Shown here in pieces: positions 63,721 to 64,000 of a stretch of DNA of 64,000 nucleotides; positions within the stretch are counted from its first letter, which is position 1, and each line of letters starts with the position of its first letter. Under the pieces are notes generated by a model. The model saw only the letters and a program-made list of their open reading frames with translations, made no database searches and was not told the DNA's origin. The position numbers were made by a program, and so were the translations under genes. Source of the stretch: Kofleriaceae bacterium (GTDB lineage: Bacteria; Myxococcota_A; Polyangia; Haliangiales; Haliangiaceae); contig CBDCCZ010000018.1 of assembly GCA_965215005.1 (NCBI GenBank), positions 160,001-224,000 on the forward strand, given 5' to 3'.

Positions 63721-64000
63721 TCAGACGGGATCGACCGAGCGGCGATGCGCCTCCGCTACGCGCGGACTACGCGTCTTGGGCGCACCGAGAAGCCCGCCCA
63801 CGCCCGCGGCCACTGCAGTGATCAGCAGGTAGAAAAACATCCACCACGCCGCGCTCGCCACCGCGTTCGCGGTTGCCTCGGCGGCATCCACCGCCATCGC
63901 CTGCGTGTCCTGCCAAGCACCCGAAGCGCGCTTCTCGACATCGGACCACGCGCTGCCAAAGGTTTGCGCCCACGCATCCACGCGCTGTCGCGCTTGCGCC
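63721..64000 (-). CDS. 3' end of a membrane protein (truncated by the window edge)
   Basis: Open frame to the edge; helical region then TM AAWWMFFYLLITAVAAGVGGLLG. Confidence 0.6.
   Translation of the reverse strand, partial: AQARQRVDAWAQTFGSAWSDVEKRASGAWQDTQAMAVDAAEATANAVASAAWWMFFYLLITAVAAGVGGLLGAPKTRSPRVAEAHRRSVDPV

Overview
GC-rich bacterial DNA whose gene content points to a myxobacterium (Myxococcota, possibly Haliangium/Kofleria-like; inference). The evidence is an MXAN_5808-type S41 protease, an FHA-sigma54 activator, a PEGA Ser/Thr kinase, MYXO-CTERM-like tails and Cys-rich lipoproteins. About 46 genes are supported. Housekeeping genes include an RpoH-family sigma factor, rsmI, an archaeal/eukaryote-type proS, an rlpA-family gene and minCDE. 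Envelope genes include six GT-C-fold membrane glycosyltransferase-like genes in two loci, a Thr-nucleophile sulfatase-fold membrane protein and three peptidoglycan hydrolases. There is also a signalling/surface-protein block (26-39.7 kb), a TIM-barrel + glycerol-1-phosphate dehydrogenase operon, and an ATP-grasp / deacetylase / PLP-decarboxylase trio. Two patches (30.9-34.4 kb and 40.5-42.8 kb) carry many frameshifts, from either sequencing error or gene decay. No rRNA, tRNA, CRISPR array or transposase was recognised. The most notable observations are the GT-C glycosylation cluster, a recurrent TANNNT hexamer 5-9 nt upstream of start codons (suggesting widespread leaderless mRNAs), the G1PDH/TIM-barrel operon, a GHKL-TM-PEGA sensor, and a strand-resolved structured RNA candidate at about 53.0-53.1 kb. 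All product calls come from motifs read by eye; no database searches were run.
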